The notes below the pieces were generated by a model. That model did no database searches, had not been told where the DNA came from, and saw only the letters and a program-made list of their open reading frames with translations. Positions 1 to 8,852 of a DNA stretch of 32,000 nucleotides are shown piece after piece. Positions within the stretch are counted from its first letter, which is position 1; each line of letters starts with the position of its first letter. The stretch is taken from NCBI GenBank assembly GCA_030604855.1, contig JAUVVC010000004.1:180001-212000 (forward strand), given 5' to 3'. The position numbers and the translations under genes are program-made. The stretch comes from Erysipelotrichaceae bacterium (GTDB lineage Bacteria > Bacillota_I > Bacilli_A > Erysipelotrichales > Erysipelotrichaceae).

Positions 1-1
1 G

Positions 2-244
2 GTTAAAGAAGTCAAAGATGGGTATGTGGTCAAGACAGTGGAGCGATCAACCTTACGTCATGCGCAAACCCCTCAAGCATTTAAGACAAGTTTGTTGTTG
101 AAGTGCATACATAAAGCACAAGCCGATCATTTCAAAGCGAGCGATGATGCACAGTTGATTGAACGCTATAGTGATGTGCCGATCAAAATCGTTCAAGGAT
201 CCTATGCCAATATTAAAATAACGACCCAAGAGGACGTTCGATAA
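2..244 (+). CDS. ispD: IspD/TarI-family cytidylyltransferase, C-terminal fragment (5' end lies outside the window)
   Basis: The frame is open from the window edge. The translation ...TVERSTLRHAQTPQAFKTSLL...SDDAQLIE...KIVQGSYANIKITTQEDV carries the C-terminal QTPQxF and NxKIT..ED motifs typical of MEP/ribitol-P cytidylyltransferases. The C-terminus alone cannot separate IspD from TarI. Confidence 0.7.
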   Translation, partial: VKEVKDGYVVKTVERSTLRHAQTPQAFKTSLLLKCIHKAQADHFKASDDAQLIERYSDVPIKIVQGSYANIKITTQEDVR

Positions 245-250
245 GGAGTT

Positions 251-640
251 ATGATGTTTAAAGGAAAGATCCTGGTCTATCTCACAATCTTACTGGTGTT
301 GAGTGCATGCATGAGAGAACCTGTCGCAGTGGATTGTCGCATCAATCGCATGGCGGAGAGTTTTGCTTTCATGAGTGACGATGCGGAAGTGTGTCAGGGC
401 TATTATGAGCTGGTCAAGGATGTCCCGTTCAAAACGATCTATACCAATGATTCCATCTTGAGACCCACTGAGTTGCTGATTTTTGTGGTAAGTTTAACGA
501 TTGGTCCGGAACGTCAATACATGATTCAATCCGACGGCGTGATCTCATATTATGATGGAGATCGCTTGAAGCGCGGAACCGTGAGCATTGAAGTGTATGA
601 ACAGTTAGAACAAGCGCTTGAAGATGCGAAAAAGGGTTAG
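251..640 (+). CDS. Small lipoprotein of unknown function
   Basis: 129 aa. The N-terminus MMFKGKILVYLTILLVLSAC has a hydrophobic signal and an L-S-A-C lipobox. An AGGAG Shine-Dalgarno overlaps the ispD stop. I recognise no family. Confidence 0.6.
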   Translation: MMFKGKILVYLTILLVLSACMREPVAVDCRINRMAESFAFMSDDAEVCQGYYELVKDVPFKTIYTNDSILRPTELLIFVVSLTIGPERQYMIQSDGVISYYDGDRLKRGTVSIEVYEQLEQALEDAKKG

Positions 641-739
641 GATCGGATGCGTTTTAAGCGTATAACATAAGGACCAAACGATATTTTGTGGAATTTACTT
701 TTGCAAACAAGTGGGTTGAATGAGAATCTAAGCTTGATG

Positions 740-768
740 TTTACTTTTGTTGATTGTGATGTTATAAT
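740..768 (+). promoter_or_regulatory. Candidate sigma-A promoter of rpsF operon (TTTACT-17 nt-TGtTATAAT)
   Basis: A perfect TATAAT lies at 763-768 with an extended TG at 760-761. The -35-like TTTACT lies at 740-745 with a 17-nt spacer, about 70 nt upstream of rpsF. Confidence 0.5.
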
Positions 769-797
769 GCTAAGCACGAGTAGATAAAAATTATTTA

Positions 798-832
798 CTC
801 CTTGCCTGAAAAGGCCAATAGACCATAAGGAG
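798..832 (+). promoter_or_regulatory. SD-sequestering stem-loop in rpsF 5' leader (candidate S6:S18 autoregulatory leader)
   Basis: CTCCTT (798-803) pairs with the SD AAGGAG (827-832). GCCT (804-807) stacks on it and pairs with AGGC (812-815) around a GAAA tetraloop. An 11-nt asymmetric bulge CAATAGACCAT lies on the 3' side. Confidence 0.4.
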
Positions 833-840
833 GTGAACAC

Positions 841-1131
841 ATGAGAAATTATGAAATCATGTACATCGTCAAAGCTACGTTAGAGGAAGCAGCACGTCTG
901 GAACTCGTTGAGAACCTACACGCTATTCTGACGAACGATGAAGCGGTTATCAAGCACGTTGATGACTGGGGACTTCGTGAATTTGCTTACGAAATCGATG
1001 ATATGACGAAGGGTTACTATACAGTGTTGAAGGTTGAAGCTAAACCTGAGACGATCAAAGAATTTGATCGTTTGGCACGTATCAATACCAATGTTGTACG
1101 TTTCTTGATTCTGAATTTAGAAGATAACTAA
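841..1131 (+). CDS. rpsF: 30S ribosomal protein S6
   Basis: 96 aa with the N-terminus MRNYEIMYIV typical of S6. A strong SD AAGGAGGTGA precedes it. It sits in rpsF-ssb-rpsR synteny. Confidence 0.96.
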   Translation: MRNYEIMYIVKATLEEAARLELVENLHAILTNDEAVIKHVDDWGLREFAYEIDDMTKGYYTVLKVEAKPETIKEFDRLARINTNVVRFLILNLEDN

Positions 1132-1144
1132 TAAGGGGACAATT

Positions 1145-1594
1145 ATGATCAACCGTGTTGTTTTGGTAGGAAATCTAACAAGAGATCCTCAGTTTAGTAA
1201 AACGCAGTCGGGTAAATCCTTTGTACGTTTTACCGTCGCGGTAAATCGACGTTTCGGAGGCAAGGACGAAGCTGATTTCATCAGCTGTGTCGCTTGGGAA
1301 AGAACAGCCGATATTATCTCGCAGTATGCAAAAAAAGGGACGACGGTTGGCGTTGAAGGACGAATCACAACAGGGAGTTATGATGATAAGACGACAGGCA
1401 AGAAAGTCTATACGACGGATGTGACCTGCGATAATGTTCAACTTATTGGCTCGCGTAATCAATCAAGCGAAGCACAGCAGACTTCTCCGGCACAGCCAAA
1501 ATCGGGTGGATACTACCCGGATGCGCAGGTTTCGGATGATGATTTCAACACAGGTCCATTACTGGATATCTCCAGTGACGACCTTCCATTTTAG
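1145..1594 (+). CDS. ssb: Single-stranded DNA-binding protein
   Basis: 149 aa. It has an OB-fold N-terminus [15 protein letters not shown] and a Gln/Pro/Gly-rich linker. The acidic C-terminal tip is ...SSDDLPF. Confidence 0.96.
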   Translation: MINRVVLVGNLTRDPQFSKTQSGKSFVRFTVAVNRRFGGKDEADFISCVAWERTADIISQYAKKGTTVGVEGRITTGSYDDKTTGKKVYTTDVTCDNVQLIGSRNQSSEAQQTSPAQPKSGGYYPDAQVSDDDFNTGPLLDISSDDLPF

Positions 1595-1608
1595 CGAAAG
1601 GAGATCTC

Positions 1609-1839
1609 ATGGCATTTAAAAAGCAAAGAGTAGCACGCAAAAAGGTTTGTTACTTCAAAAAAAATAACATTACTGTCATTGACTATAAAGATTTGGAACT
1701 TTTAAAGCGTTTCATTTCAGCCAATGGTAAGATTATTCCAAGACGCGTTACCGGTACTGGTGCTAAATACCAACGTTTGTTGGCTACAGCAATCAAACGT
1801 GCACGTCAAATGGCTTTACTACCTTACGTAGCCGACTAA
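1609..1839 (+). CDS. rpsR: 30S ribosomal protein S18
   Basis: 76 aa. The sequence ...[60 protein letters not shown] is a classic S18 sequence. Confidence 0.96.
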   Translation: MAFKKQRVARKKVCYFKKNNITVIDYKDLELLKRFISANGKIIPRRVTGTGAKYQRLLATAIKRARQMALLPYVAD

Positions 1840-1846
1840 AAATCAG

Positions 1847-1877
1847 AACCTCCATCTTGTCGGTGGAGGTTTATTTT
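1847..1877 (+). terminator. Rho-independent terminator after rpsR
   Basis: AACCTCCA (1847-1854) pairs with TGGAGGTT (1864-1871) across a 9-nt loop. TTTATTTT follows. The 3' arm contains GGAGG. Confidence 0.7.
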
Positions 1878-1881
1878 ATCT

Positions 1882-2796
1882 ATGAAAAAACAAGTGAGAA
1901 CCATAACAGAAGGATCGATGATGCTTGCCATCATTGGTTTGTTTCTGTTCCTAAATCTACAAACGGCTGGTTTGCTTCAGATGTACCTCATCTGGGCAGT
2001 ACCTCTACCAATTATCTTCTATGAAGCCAAATACGGAGTTCGAAATGGCTTGATTTTAAGTGCGGCTGCTTTGATCTTATCCTTTATTATTGGCAATCTC
2101 GTAACCTTATTCTATATGGGGACGGCCATCACCGTGGGAATGGTGTATGGTTATGGCATTCGAACTCAACGTTCCAATGTTTGGTTGTTGATTAGCACCA
2201 CCTTATTGACCGCTGTGAGTTTCTTTATTGAAATGGTGTTATTGGCTTCGTTCTTTGGTTATGACATCGTTCGTGAAACCAATGAGATTATTACTTACCT
2301 TTCACAGATTGAAGATTTGGTTGTTCCGGAGGATATGGCAAACTTGGTCTTGGCAGTATACCCTGTGGCGTTCTTATTCATGGCATTCCTACAAGCCTTC
2401 GTGACACATTTGATTGCGACGGTGTTGTTAAAACGTTTGAACATCGTGACACGCAAAATGAAACCACTTAATGACTTTAAGTTGCCGAAGTGGATTGGAA
2501 TCATTGCCCTCGTCGGCTTATTTGTGGGCAGTCTATTGAATCGGACCACGGATCAAAACTTGAGAATGGGCATCACCTTGATCTTAGTTGTGTCGATGAT
2601 GACGATCATGATGGACGCCTTTGTTTTGATAACACTCTACGCTCGTAAGACCAATCGAAAATTCCTTCCAAGCTTGGCTTTGATTGGTATCTTTTTATTG
2701 CCAAGTGTTCTAATCTATGTTTACATTGGATTAGGTTTACTTGATATTTTTACGGATTTTCGTGAACGTATCGAATCGATAAAAACATCATCATGA
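1882..2796 (+). CDS. yybS: YybS-like polytopic membrane protein (DUF2232 type)
   Basis: 304 aa with many hydrophobic helices. It occupies the same position between rpsR and gdpP as B. subtilis yybS. Its stop overlaps the gdpP start (ATGA). Confidence 0.75.
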   Translation: MKKQVRTITEGSMMLAIIGLFLFLNLQTAGLLQMYLIWAVPLPIIFYEAKYGVRNGLILSAAALILSFIIGNLVTLFYMGTAITVGMVYGYGIRTQRSNVWLLISTTLLTAVSFFIEMVLLASFFGYDIVRETNEIITYLSQIEDLVVPEDMANLVLAVYPVAFLFMAFLQAFVTHLIATVLLKRLNIVTRKMKPLNDFKLPKWIGIIALVGLFVGSLLNRTTDQNLRMGITLILVVSMMTIMMDAFVLITLYARKTNRKFLPSLALIGIFLLPSVLIYVYIGLGLLDIFTDFRERIESIKTSS

Positions 2797-4748
2797 CAAA
2801 TCAATATAAAAAGGTAAAACGTCTCATATGGCTGGTTCTGGTCATTGAGCTTATTGCATTAGCCATCAGTCATTGGGTTTTGAGACTGCCTTTTTCACTT
2901 GTCAATTTCGTCTTGGTCATCGTCAACCTGGTATTGTTGGTGGTGTTCATAGAATTCTCTGAAGAGTATCACAATCATCGCATCTTGACCATCTCCAAGA
3001 TACTGGGAAAAGATGCTCAAGAAGCTTTCTTATTTGGTGAAGTGGGTCTGTTGACCATTGATCATAATTATGAGATCACATGGATCAGTGAACTGCTTTA
3101 TACGCGAGCATATCAAGTCATTGGTCAAAAGATCATGAATTGGCTGCCAGAAACCAAACCTTTGTTTAACAACGAAGCAGATGTGGTTCAAGCCACGATT
3201 AACGATCATATCTATCAGATACGACGCAAAGAGAATGGTCTGACCTTATATTTCAAAGATGTGACGGAATTGTCCATTGTGAGTCGTGCGAGTGAAGATA
3301 AACAAATCGTCTTAGGTTTGATTCACTTTGATAATTATGAAGAAACAACCCAATACGAAGAAGAGCAACGCATTGCCTTGATTGACAGCAAGATCCGTCA
3401 AGCGGTCTACAACTGGGCAAATGAGCGAGGAATCTTCATCAAGCGCTTGCGAAACAACAGGATGTTGCTGGTGTTGAATGAAATGTTGTTCAATCAAATG
3501 GTGGAAGAACATTTCTCCATTTTGAAGATTATTCGTGCCGCATCCAGTGAGTTGGATGTGGCGATCACCTTGTCTATGGCGTTCGCACGTAACTCCCTTG
3601 AGTTTCCTGAACTTGAAGAAATGGTAAATGGCGCTTTGGCATTGGCACAGAGTCGTGGTGGAGACCAAGTCGCCATCAAGACTTATGGTGAAGATGTCAT
3701 CTATATGGGTGGCAACAGTGAGGCTGTTGAGAAACGCAGTAAGGTTCGTGCACGTGTTATGGCGCAGACCTTGAAGGAGTTGATCAACCAGTCGAGCAAT
3801 GTCTTGATTCTCGGTCATAAGGAAATGGATTTTGATTGTTTTGGCGCAGCGCTTGTTTTAAGCCGTATCGTCAAATCATCCGGTATTCCGGTCTCCATCA
3901 TCATGCATGGAGCTTTGGAAGAGAAACTGAGCATGGCGTATCACGATAAACGTGAGCTTTTCCATGAGCAACATCACTTTGTCCAGGAACATGAAACCTA
4001 CAGTCTGATCAACGACAAGACTTTGTTGGTCATGGTGGATCACCACCTGGCCTCCCAATCAACTTTACCGAATCTCCTTGAGAAAGTTAAGAAAATCTGT
4101 GTCATCGACCATCATCGTCGCAATCAGGACTTTACCTTCAATCCGCTCTTGGTGTATATGGAAACCGCCGCATCGTCTACAACGGAAATGATTGCGGAGC
4201 TGATTCCTTACCAACAACGTTCGATTGAAATGAGTGCTGAAGAAGCTAACTTCGCATTGACGGGCATCCTTTTGGATACCAATCGCTTCAGATCCCGTAC
4301 GGGCAGTCGGACTTTTGAAGTTGCGGCGATCTTGAAACAGTATGGAGCAGATCCGATTGTTTGTGATGGATACTTGAAAGAGAATTTCCAAGACTTTATT
4401 TTGAAAGCAAAGATGATTCAAAATCTCAAACGCTTTGATCGAGGCATTGTCGTGGCTTCGATGCCAGATGATACGGTCGTATCCCGTGCATTGATCTCAC
4501 AAGCAGCCAATCGATTGATCGAAGTCAAAGAAGTTGAAGCAGCTTTTGTCATCAGTAAGATCAGTGAAAAGCTGATCGGTGTCTCAGCTCGATCGAATGG
4601 GAACATCAACGTTCATGTTATAATGGAGAAGATGAGTGGGGGTGGACATTTCACAGCCGCAGCACTCCAACGTGAAAATTCCAGTGTGGAAGAAGTGTTT
4701 ACAGAATTAGAAATGGTCATTGAACAATGGCTGGCACAAGAGGTTTAA
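2793..4748 (+). CDS. gdpP: Cyclic-di-AMP phosphodiesterase GdpP (membrane-anchored DHH/DHHA1 protein)
   Basis: 651 aa with two N-terminal TM helices and a central PAS/degenerate-GGDEF-like region. DHH motifs are present (MVDHH, VIDHHRR). The DHHA1 motif is [11 protein letters not shown]. It sits in yybS-gdpP-rplI-dnaB synteny. Confidence 0.92.
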   Translation: MTNQYKKVKRLIWLVLVIELIALAISHWVLRLPFSLVNFVLVIVNLVLLVVFIEFSEEYHNHRILTISKILGKDAQEAFLFGEVGLLTIDHNYEITWISELLYTRAYQVIGQKIMNWLPETKPLFNNEADVVQATINDHIYQIRRKENGLTLYFKDVTELSIVSRASEDKQIVLGLIHFDNYEETTQYEEEQRIALIDSKIRQAVYNWANERGIFIKRLRNNRMLLVLNEMLFNQMVEEHFSILKIIRAASSELDVAITLSMAFARNSLEFPELEEMVNGALALAQSRGGDQVAIKTYGEDVIYMGGNSEAVEKRSKVRARVMAQTLKELINQSSNVLILGHKEMDFDCFGAALVLSRIVKSSGIPVSIIMHGALEEKLSMAYHDKRELFHEQHHFVQEHETYSLINDKTLLVMVDHHLASQSTLPNLLEKVKKICVIDHHRRNQDFTFNPLLVYMETAASSTTEMIAELIPYQQRSIEMSAEEANFALTGILLDTNRFRSRTGSRTFEVAAILKQYGADPIVCDGYLKENFQDFILKAKMIQNLKRFDRGIVVASMPDDTVVSRALISQAANRLIEVKEVEAAFVISKISEKLIGVSARSNGNINVHVIMEKMSGGGHFTAAALQRENSSVEEVFTELEMVIEQWLAQEV

Positions 4749-4752
4749 GAAA

Positions 4753-5199
4753 ATGAAAATAATTTTAATTGAAGATGTGAAGAATGTCGGTAAAAAAGGT
4801 GAATTGAAAGAAGTTGCGGATGGTTATGCACGTAACTTTTTGATTCGTAATCGTTTGGCGGTTGAAGCGACGGCACATAGCAAGGCCATCCTGGAACAAC
4901 AGAAGCAGGATAAGATCGACCAGGAAATTGAAGACATTAAAAAGGCAGAGGCATTGAAAGAAAAGTTGACGAGCATCACTTTGGTCTTCCCTGTTAAGAC
5001 AGGAGAAGGTGGAAAGGTCTTTGGATCGATCAGCTCGAAACAGATTGCAGAAGAATTGAGTAAGAAGCATCAGATCACCATTGATAAGCGTAAGATTTTG
5101 GATGATGGTCCGTTCAATGATTTAGGGTTTTCCGATATCAAGATCGAACTGCATAAAAAGGTTGTCGGAACCATTAAGATCCATTTAAAAGCTCAATAA
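4753..5199 (+). CDS. rplI: 50S ribosomal protein L9
   Basis: I moved the start from the ORF-track 4720 to the ATG at 4753. This gives [30 protein letters not shown], a canonical L9 N-terminus. 148 aa. Confidence 0.95.
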   Translation: MKIILIEDVKNVGKKGELKEVADGYARNFLIRNRLAVEATAHSKAILEQQKQDKIDQEIEDIKKAEALKEKLTSITLVFPVKTGEGGKVFGSISSKQIAEELSKKHQITIDKRKILDDGPFNDLGFSDIKIELHKKVVGTIKIHLKAQ

Positions 5200-5200
5200 C

Positions 5201-6553
5201 ATGAATCAAACGTTACCTCACAGCATTGAAGCTGAACAAGCTTTACTCAGCAGCATGCTCGCGTATGCGAACAGTGTCCAAACAGCCGTTGAACTTGGCT
5301 TAAGAGCCGAGGATTTTTACATTGAAGCACACAAGCGTTTGTTTACTGTGCTGATGATGATGTATGAAGAAGGCAAGCCCATCGACTATACGTCTTTGGT
5401 TTCCAAGCTGAATGATCTGAAGTTGCTCAATGCGGTTGGGGGAATGGCATTTATTCTGGAATTATCTGAAGTTGGGGTCAGTTCTGCGAATACCAAGTAC
5501 TATGTGGAATTGATTCAAGATAAAGCCTATGTACGAAACTTGATCCTGACAGCTCAGAAGATTGCGCAAGAAGGTTATGACGGTTCCAGTGGTGTCGATG
5601 ACATCATGGACAGTGCTGAGAAACAACTTTTGAATGTGACCCGCACACGTCGTACATCTGAGTTCAAAAGTGCACGGGATGTGATCAAAGATGTTTTGGA
5701 AAACATCCAAAAAATGAGTGCGAACCACAGCAGCGTCACAGGAACCTCCAGTGGATATCGTGCCTTGGATCGTCTGACCAATGGTTTTCAACGTGGGGAT
5801 CTGATCATCTTGGCAGCGCGTCCTTCGATGGGTAAAACAGCGTTTGCCTTGAACGTCGCTTTGAATGCGGCTCAAATATCCAAACAAGCCGTTGCCATCT
5901 TCTCTTTGGAAATGCCAGCGGAACAATTGATCACCCGTATGTTGTCCGCGAAATCGCGTATTTCTGGGACGACATTGCGTACAGGTCAATTGAGCAATAC
6001 CAATGAATGGAATGCGCTCAATGAAGCGGCAGCGGATTTGAGGCAGACCAAGATCTACATCGATGATTCCCCAACGATTCGGGTTGCGGAAATCTTTTCG
6101 AAATGCCGTAAATTACAAACCGAAAATCAACTCGGCCTGATCGTCATTGACTATATTCAATTGATCAGCAGCGGTTCAAGTAAGTCCAGTGACAATCGCC
6201 AACAGGAAGTTTCTGAGATTTCACGTGGATTAAAAGCTTTAGCTCGTGAATTGAATGTCCCGGTCATCGCCTTATCCCAATTATCACGAAGTGTTGAACA
6301 ACGAGCGGACAAGCGTCCGATGTTAAGTGATCTTCGTGAATCCGGTGCCTTGGAGCAAGATGCGGATTTGGTTGTGTTCTTATATCGTTCTGCCTACTAT
6401 GAAAAGGATGAAGAACGTCCAAGTACAGAGAAAACGGAAGTCTTGATTTCCAAACATCGTAATGGTCCAGTAGGACAAGTCGATCTGGCCTTTGAAAGTA
6501 ATGTCAACGCCTTCTATAACTTTGCGGAGAATACGGTGAAAGGAAGCAACTAA
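5201..6553 (+). CDS. dnaB: Replicative DNA helicase (DnaB family; DnaC in B. subtilis nomenclature)
   Basis: 450 aa. The N-terminus is PHSIEAEQALLSSML. The Walker A context is AARPSMGKTAFALN. FSLEMPAEQL, ALSQLSRSVEQR and SDLRESGALEQDAD are also present. Confidence 0.96.
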   Translation: MNQTLPHSIEAEQALLSSMLAYANSVQTAVELGLRAEDFYIEAHKRLFTVLMMMYEEGKPIDYTSLVSKLNDLKLLNAVGGMAFILELSEVGVSSANTKYYVELIQDKAYVRNLILTAQKIAQEGYDGSSGVDDIMDSAEKQLLNVTRTRRTSEFKSARDVIKDVLENIQKMSANHSSVTGTSSGYRALDRLTNGFQRGDLIILAARPSMGKTAFALNVALNAAQISKQAVAIFSLEMPAEQLITRMLSAKSRISGTTLRTGQLSNTNEWNALNEAAADLRQTKIYIDDSPTIRVAEIFSKCRKLQTENQLGLIVIDYIQLISSGSSKSSDNRQQEVSEISRGLKALARELNVPVIALSQLSRSVEQRADKRPMLSDLRESGALEQDADLVVFLYRSAYYEKDEERPSTEKTEVLISKHRNGPVGQVDLAFESNVNAFYNFAENTVKGSN

Positions 6554-8050
6554 ATGCGCAAATTCCTACCCATTCTCTTTGCATTCATTACGAGTATCGG
6601 CATCGTCAGCATAAATCAGCAAATTGAATACAATACCTATGCCAATCTCGAATTGAACACCATCCAAGAAGAAGCCATCATCGATCAAGCTGTAACTTCA
6701 GTAAGCCCGAACATCAATACGATTCAAAAGGTATACTTAAAGGAGCAGTTGATTGGTGTTTTAAGTGAAAAAGCGGATCCAAATGCTTTTTTACGTGAAG
6801 TCTATGCAGAGCGTTATGCAGAGAACTTTCCCAACACAAGCTTAGGTTTTGGGGAAGATATTTTCGTGACGCATGAAGAAAGTTATCTCAGTTATGAGAA
6901 TAAAGATCAAGAAGTCTTTAATTATCTTCGCAACCAAGATTACTTCAGTGTTGAAGCAGATAAGGTTGCGTTCTCAAATGGGGCAGTCATTTATGTCAAA
7001 AGCATCGAGCTCTTTGAACAAGCCAAGGACCTATATCTACAGAACTTTATCTCAAAAGAAGCTTTGGATCTGATTCGAATCAATAAGTTACCAGCTGAGT
7101 TGGTGACCTATGGAACGCGTGATATTGGCTTCAATGTCGTGGAGAAAGCCAATTATCAACGGGGGATGGCACCTGCATCCGAAATCATGACAACGATTCC
7201 ACAAATCGTGTATTTCTTGAGCTATGGTTATGGGACGGAAATTGAAACTTATACCGTCATCGAATACGATACCGTTGAAGGGATCGCCTATAAATCCGGT
7301 TTGTCTGCTCAACAGATCGTAACAATCAATAATGAGAAGATCAAATCCGTCAATCAAATATTAAGCATTGGGGAAGAATTGAATGTGACCTATTTCAATT
7401 CACCCATCAATGTCGTTGTCACAAAAGAACGTTTGGCAAAAGAGACGGTATATCCACAGTCCACACTGTATGTCAAAGATTCCACCATGCAAGAAGGTTA
7501 CAGCGTCATCCAGACCAAAGAAGAATTGGGATACAAGGATGTCAAATATAAAGAAACCTTTGTGAATGGAGTCATTACGGATAGTATCGTCACAGGTTCG
7601 ATCGTCATCAAGCAGCCAGTTCGTGAAGTCATCCGGATTGGAACGAAAGTCGTATCGGGAGTGGGTTCCGGTACCTTACGTTGGCCATTGGGTTCCAACT
7701 CACGTGTTTCTTGTCGATGGTATTGTTACGGTGGGCACCAAGGTGTCGACTTTGTTTATAACGTCAATAAGAATGGACCGATCTATGCGGCGGATCGTGG
7801 TGTCATCGATCGTGTTCGTTATGATTGGCGAAATGGATACAATGTCATGATCGACCACAATAATGGCATGAAGACTTTATATGCACACATGCTTCGCTAT
7901 CCTCCGGTCAGTGTTGGTCAGAAGATCGAAAAGGGTGATTTCATCGGGAACGTTGGAAACACCGGTCGTTCAACAGGTCCTCACTTGCATCTCGGTGTAT
8001 ATGTCGATGGTGTTGCCAAGAATCCGTGTAACTATTTGGATGGGTGTTAA
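6554..8050 (+). CDS. Secreted/anchored M23 peptidoglycan metalloendopeptidase with LysM and G5 domains
   Basis: 498 aa with N-terminal signal/anchor MRKFLPILFAFITSIGIV. A LysM-like segment YTVIEYDTVEGIAYKSGLSAQQIVTINNE...IGEELNV is followed by a G5-like segment ending VIRIGTK. The M23 motifs are HQGVD and GPHLHLGV. The ATG abuts the dnaB stop. Confidence 0.85.
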   Translation: MRKFLPILFAFITSIGIVSINQQIEYNTYANLELNTIQEEAIIDQAVTSVSPNINTIQKVYLKEQLIGVLSEKADPNAFLREVYAERYAENFPNTSLGFGEDIFVTHEESYLSYENKDQEVFNYLRNQDYFSVEADKVAFSNGAVIYVKSIELFEQAKDLYLQNFISKEALDLIRINKLPAELVTYGTRDIGFNVVEKANYQRGMAPASEIMTTIPQIVYFLSYGYGTEIETYTVIEYDTVEGIAYKSGLSAQQIVTINNEKIKSVNQILSIGEELNVTYFNSPINVVVTKERLAKETVYPQSTLYVKDSTMQEGYSVIQTKEELGYKDVKYKETFVNGVITDSIVTGSIVIKQPVREVIRIGTKVVSGVGSGTLRWPLGSNSRVSCRWYCYGGHQGVDFVYNVNKNGPIYAADRGVIDRVRYDWRNGYNVMIDHNNGMKTLYAHMLRYPPVSVGQKIEKGDFIGNVGNTGRSTGPHLHLGVYVDGVAKNPCNYLDGC

Positions 8051-8051
8051 G

Positions 8052-8852
8052 ATGAAGTTCAATGTACTTGCAAGTGGTTCTAAAGGGAACTGCACCTATA
8101 TACAAGCTGGTTCTACCCAGCTTGTTATTGATTGTGGTGGAACGAAGCGTTACTTGTCACACAGTTTTCACAGTTTGGATGTAGACTTAAGCTCAATCGA
8201 TGCTTTATTGATCACACACGATCACATCGATCATGTGGCGCAGTTGAATCTATTCAAAAATGTATCAAAGGTGATCGCACCAGTACCTCTATCAAAGCGA
8301 ATGGATGTGCAAATCCTTGAACCTTATCAGAAACATCGCATCAATGATGTAGATATCACACCCTTGGTTCTGTCCCATGATCGAGCCATGACCTATGGTT
8401 ATGTGATCGAATATCAGAGCGAAAAACTTGTGTATATTACCGATACGGGGTATCTTAAGTCAAATGATTTTACTTGGATCTCAAATGCGGACTATTATAT
8501 CTTCGAAAGTAATCACGATGTGGAACTCTTGATGCGAACCTCACGTCCCTATCCAACCAAACAAAGGATACTTTCAGACACCGGACATTTAAGCAATGAA
8601 GACAGTGCCTCCATTCTCGCGCAGGTCTGTGGGGATCGAACCAAAGAAATCATCTTAGCACATCTTTCCAGTGAAGCAAATGAAGCGGAACTGGCCAAAG
8701 CCTGTGTCATCGAAGCATTTATCAAAGCGAATAAAGACTTACAACAGATTAAACTAAATTGTGCGAAACAGTTTGAAATGATTGAAGGAGGAATAAACCA
8801 TGAAGAAGTTCTTAACATCCACCATCATCTTGCTTTTGTTGATTTGGAATAG
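8052..8852 (+). CDS. walJ: Metallo-beta-lactamase-fold hydrolase, WalJ/YycJ-like
   Basis: I moved the start to the ATG at 8052 (MKFNVLASGSKGNCTYIQ...). The HxHxDH motif is ITHDHIDHV. 266 aa. It is followed by htrA-like and rlmH genes, as at the B. subtilis yycJ-yyxA-yydA locus. Confidence 0.85.
   Translation: MKFNVLASGSKGNCTYIQAGSTQLVIDCGGTKRYLSHSFHSLDVDLSSIDALLITHDHIDHVAQLNLFKNVSKVIAPVPLSKRMDVQILEPYQKHRINDVDITPLVLSHDRAMTYGYVIEYQSEKLVYITDTGYLKSNDFTWISNADYYIFESNHDVELLMRTSRPYPTKQRILSDTGHLSNEDSASILAQVCGDRTKEIILAHLSSEANEAELAKACVIEAFIKANKDLQQIKLNCAKQFEMIEGGINHEEVLNIHHHLAFVDLE

Noticed and set aside
694-749. 10-bp direct repeat TTTACTTTTG (694-703 and 740-749) upstream of rpsF as a second promoter or operator pair
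   Set aside because: The upstream copy has no acceptable -10 hexamer at 16-18 nt spacing. A short T-rich repeat in AT-rich intergenic DNA is weak evidence, so I only note that the downstream copy overlaps the -35 candidate.
3312-3818. Long minus-strand ORFs throughout the window (e.g. 3312-3818, 5462-5989, 11124-11537, 15887-16423, 22453-22902, 31255-31698)
   Set aside because: Each lies entirely antisense to a + strand gene with strong family motifs. None has a recognisable SD or family signature, and their translations look compositionally odd (Arg/Cys/His-rich). They are shadow ORFs.
7881-8051. ORF-track start at 7881 for the MBL-fold gene (323 aa), overlapping the 3' end of the M23 peptidase gene
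   Set aside because: The first 57 codons are an out-of-frame read of the peptidase gene. The conserved WalJ N-terminus MKFNVLASGSKGN begins at the ATG at 8052, 1 nt after the peptidase stop.
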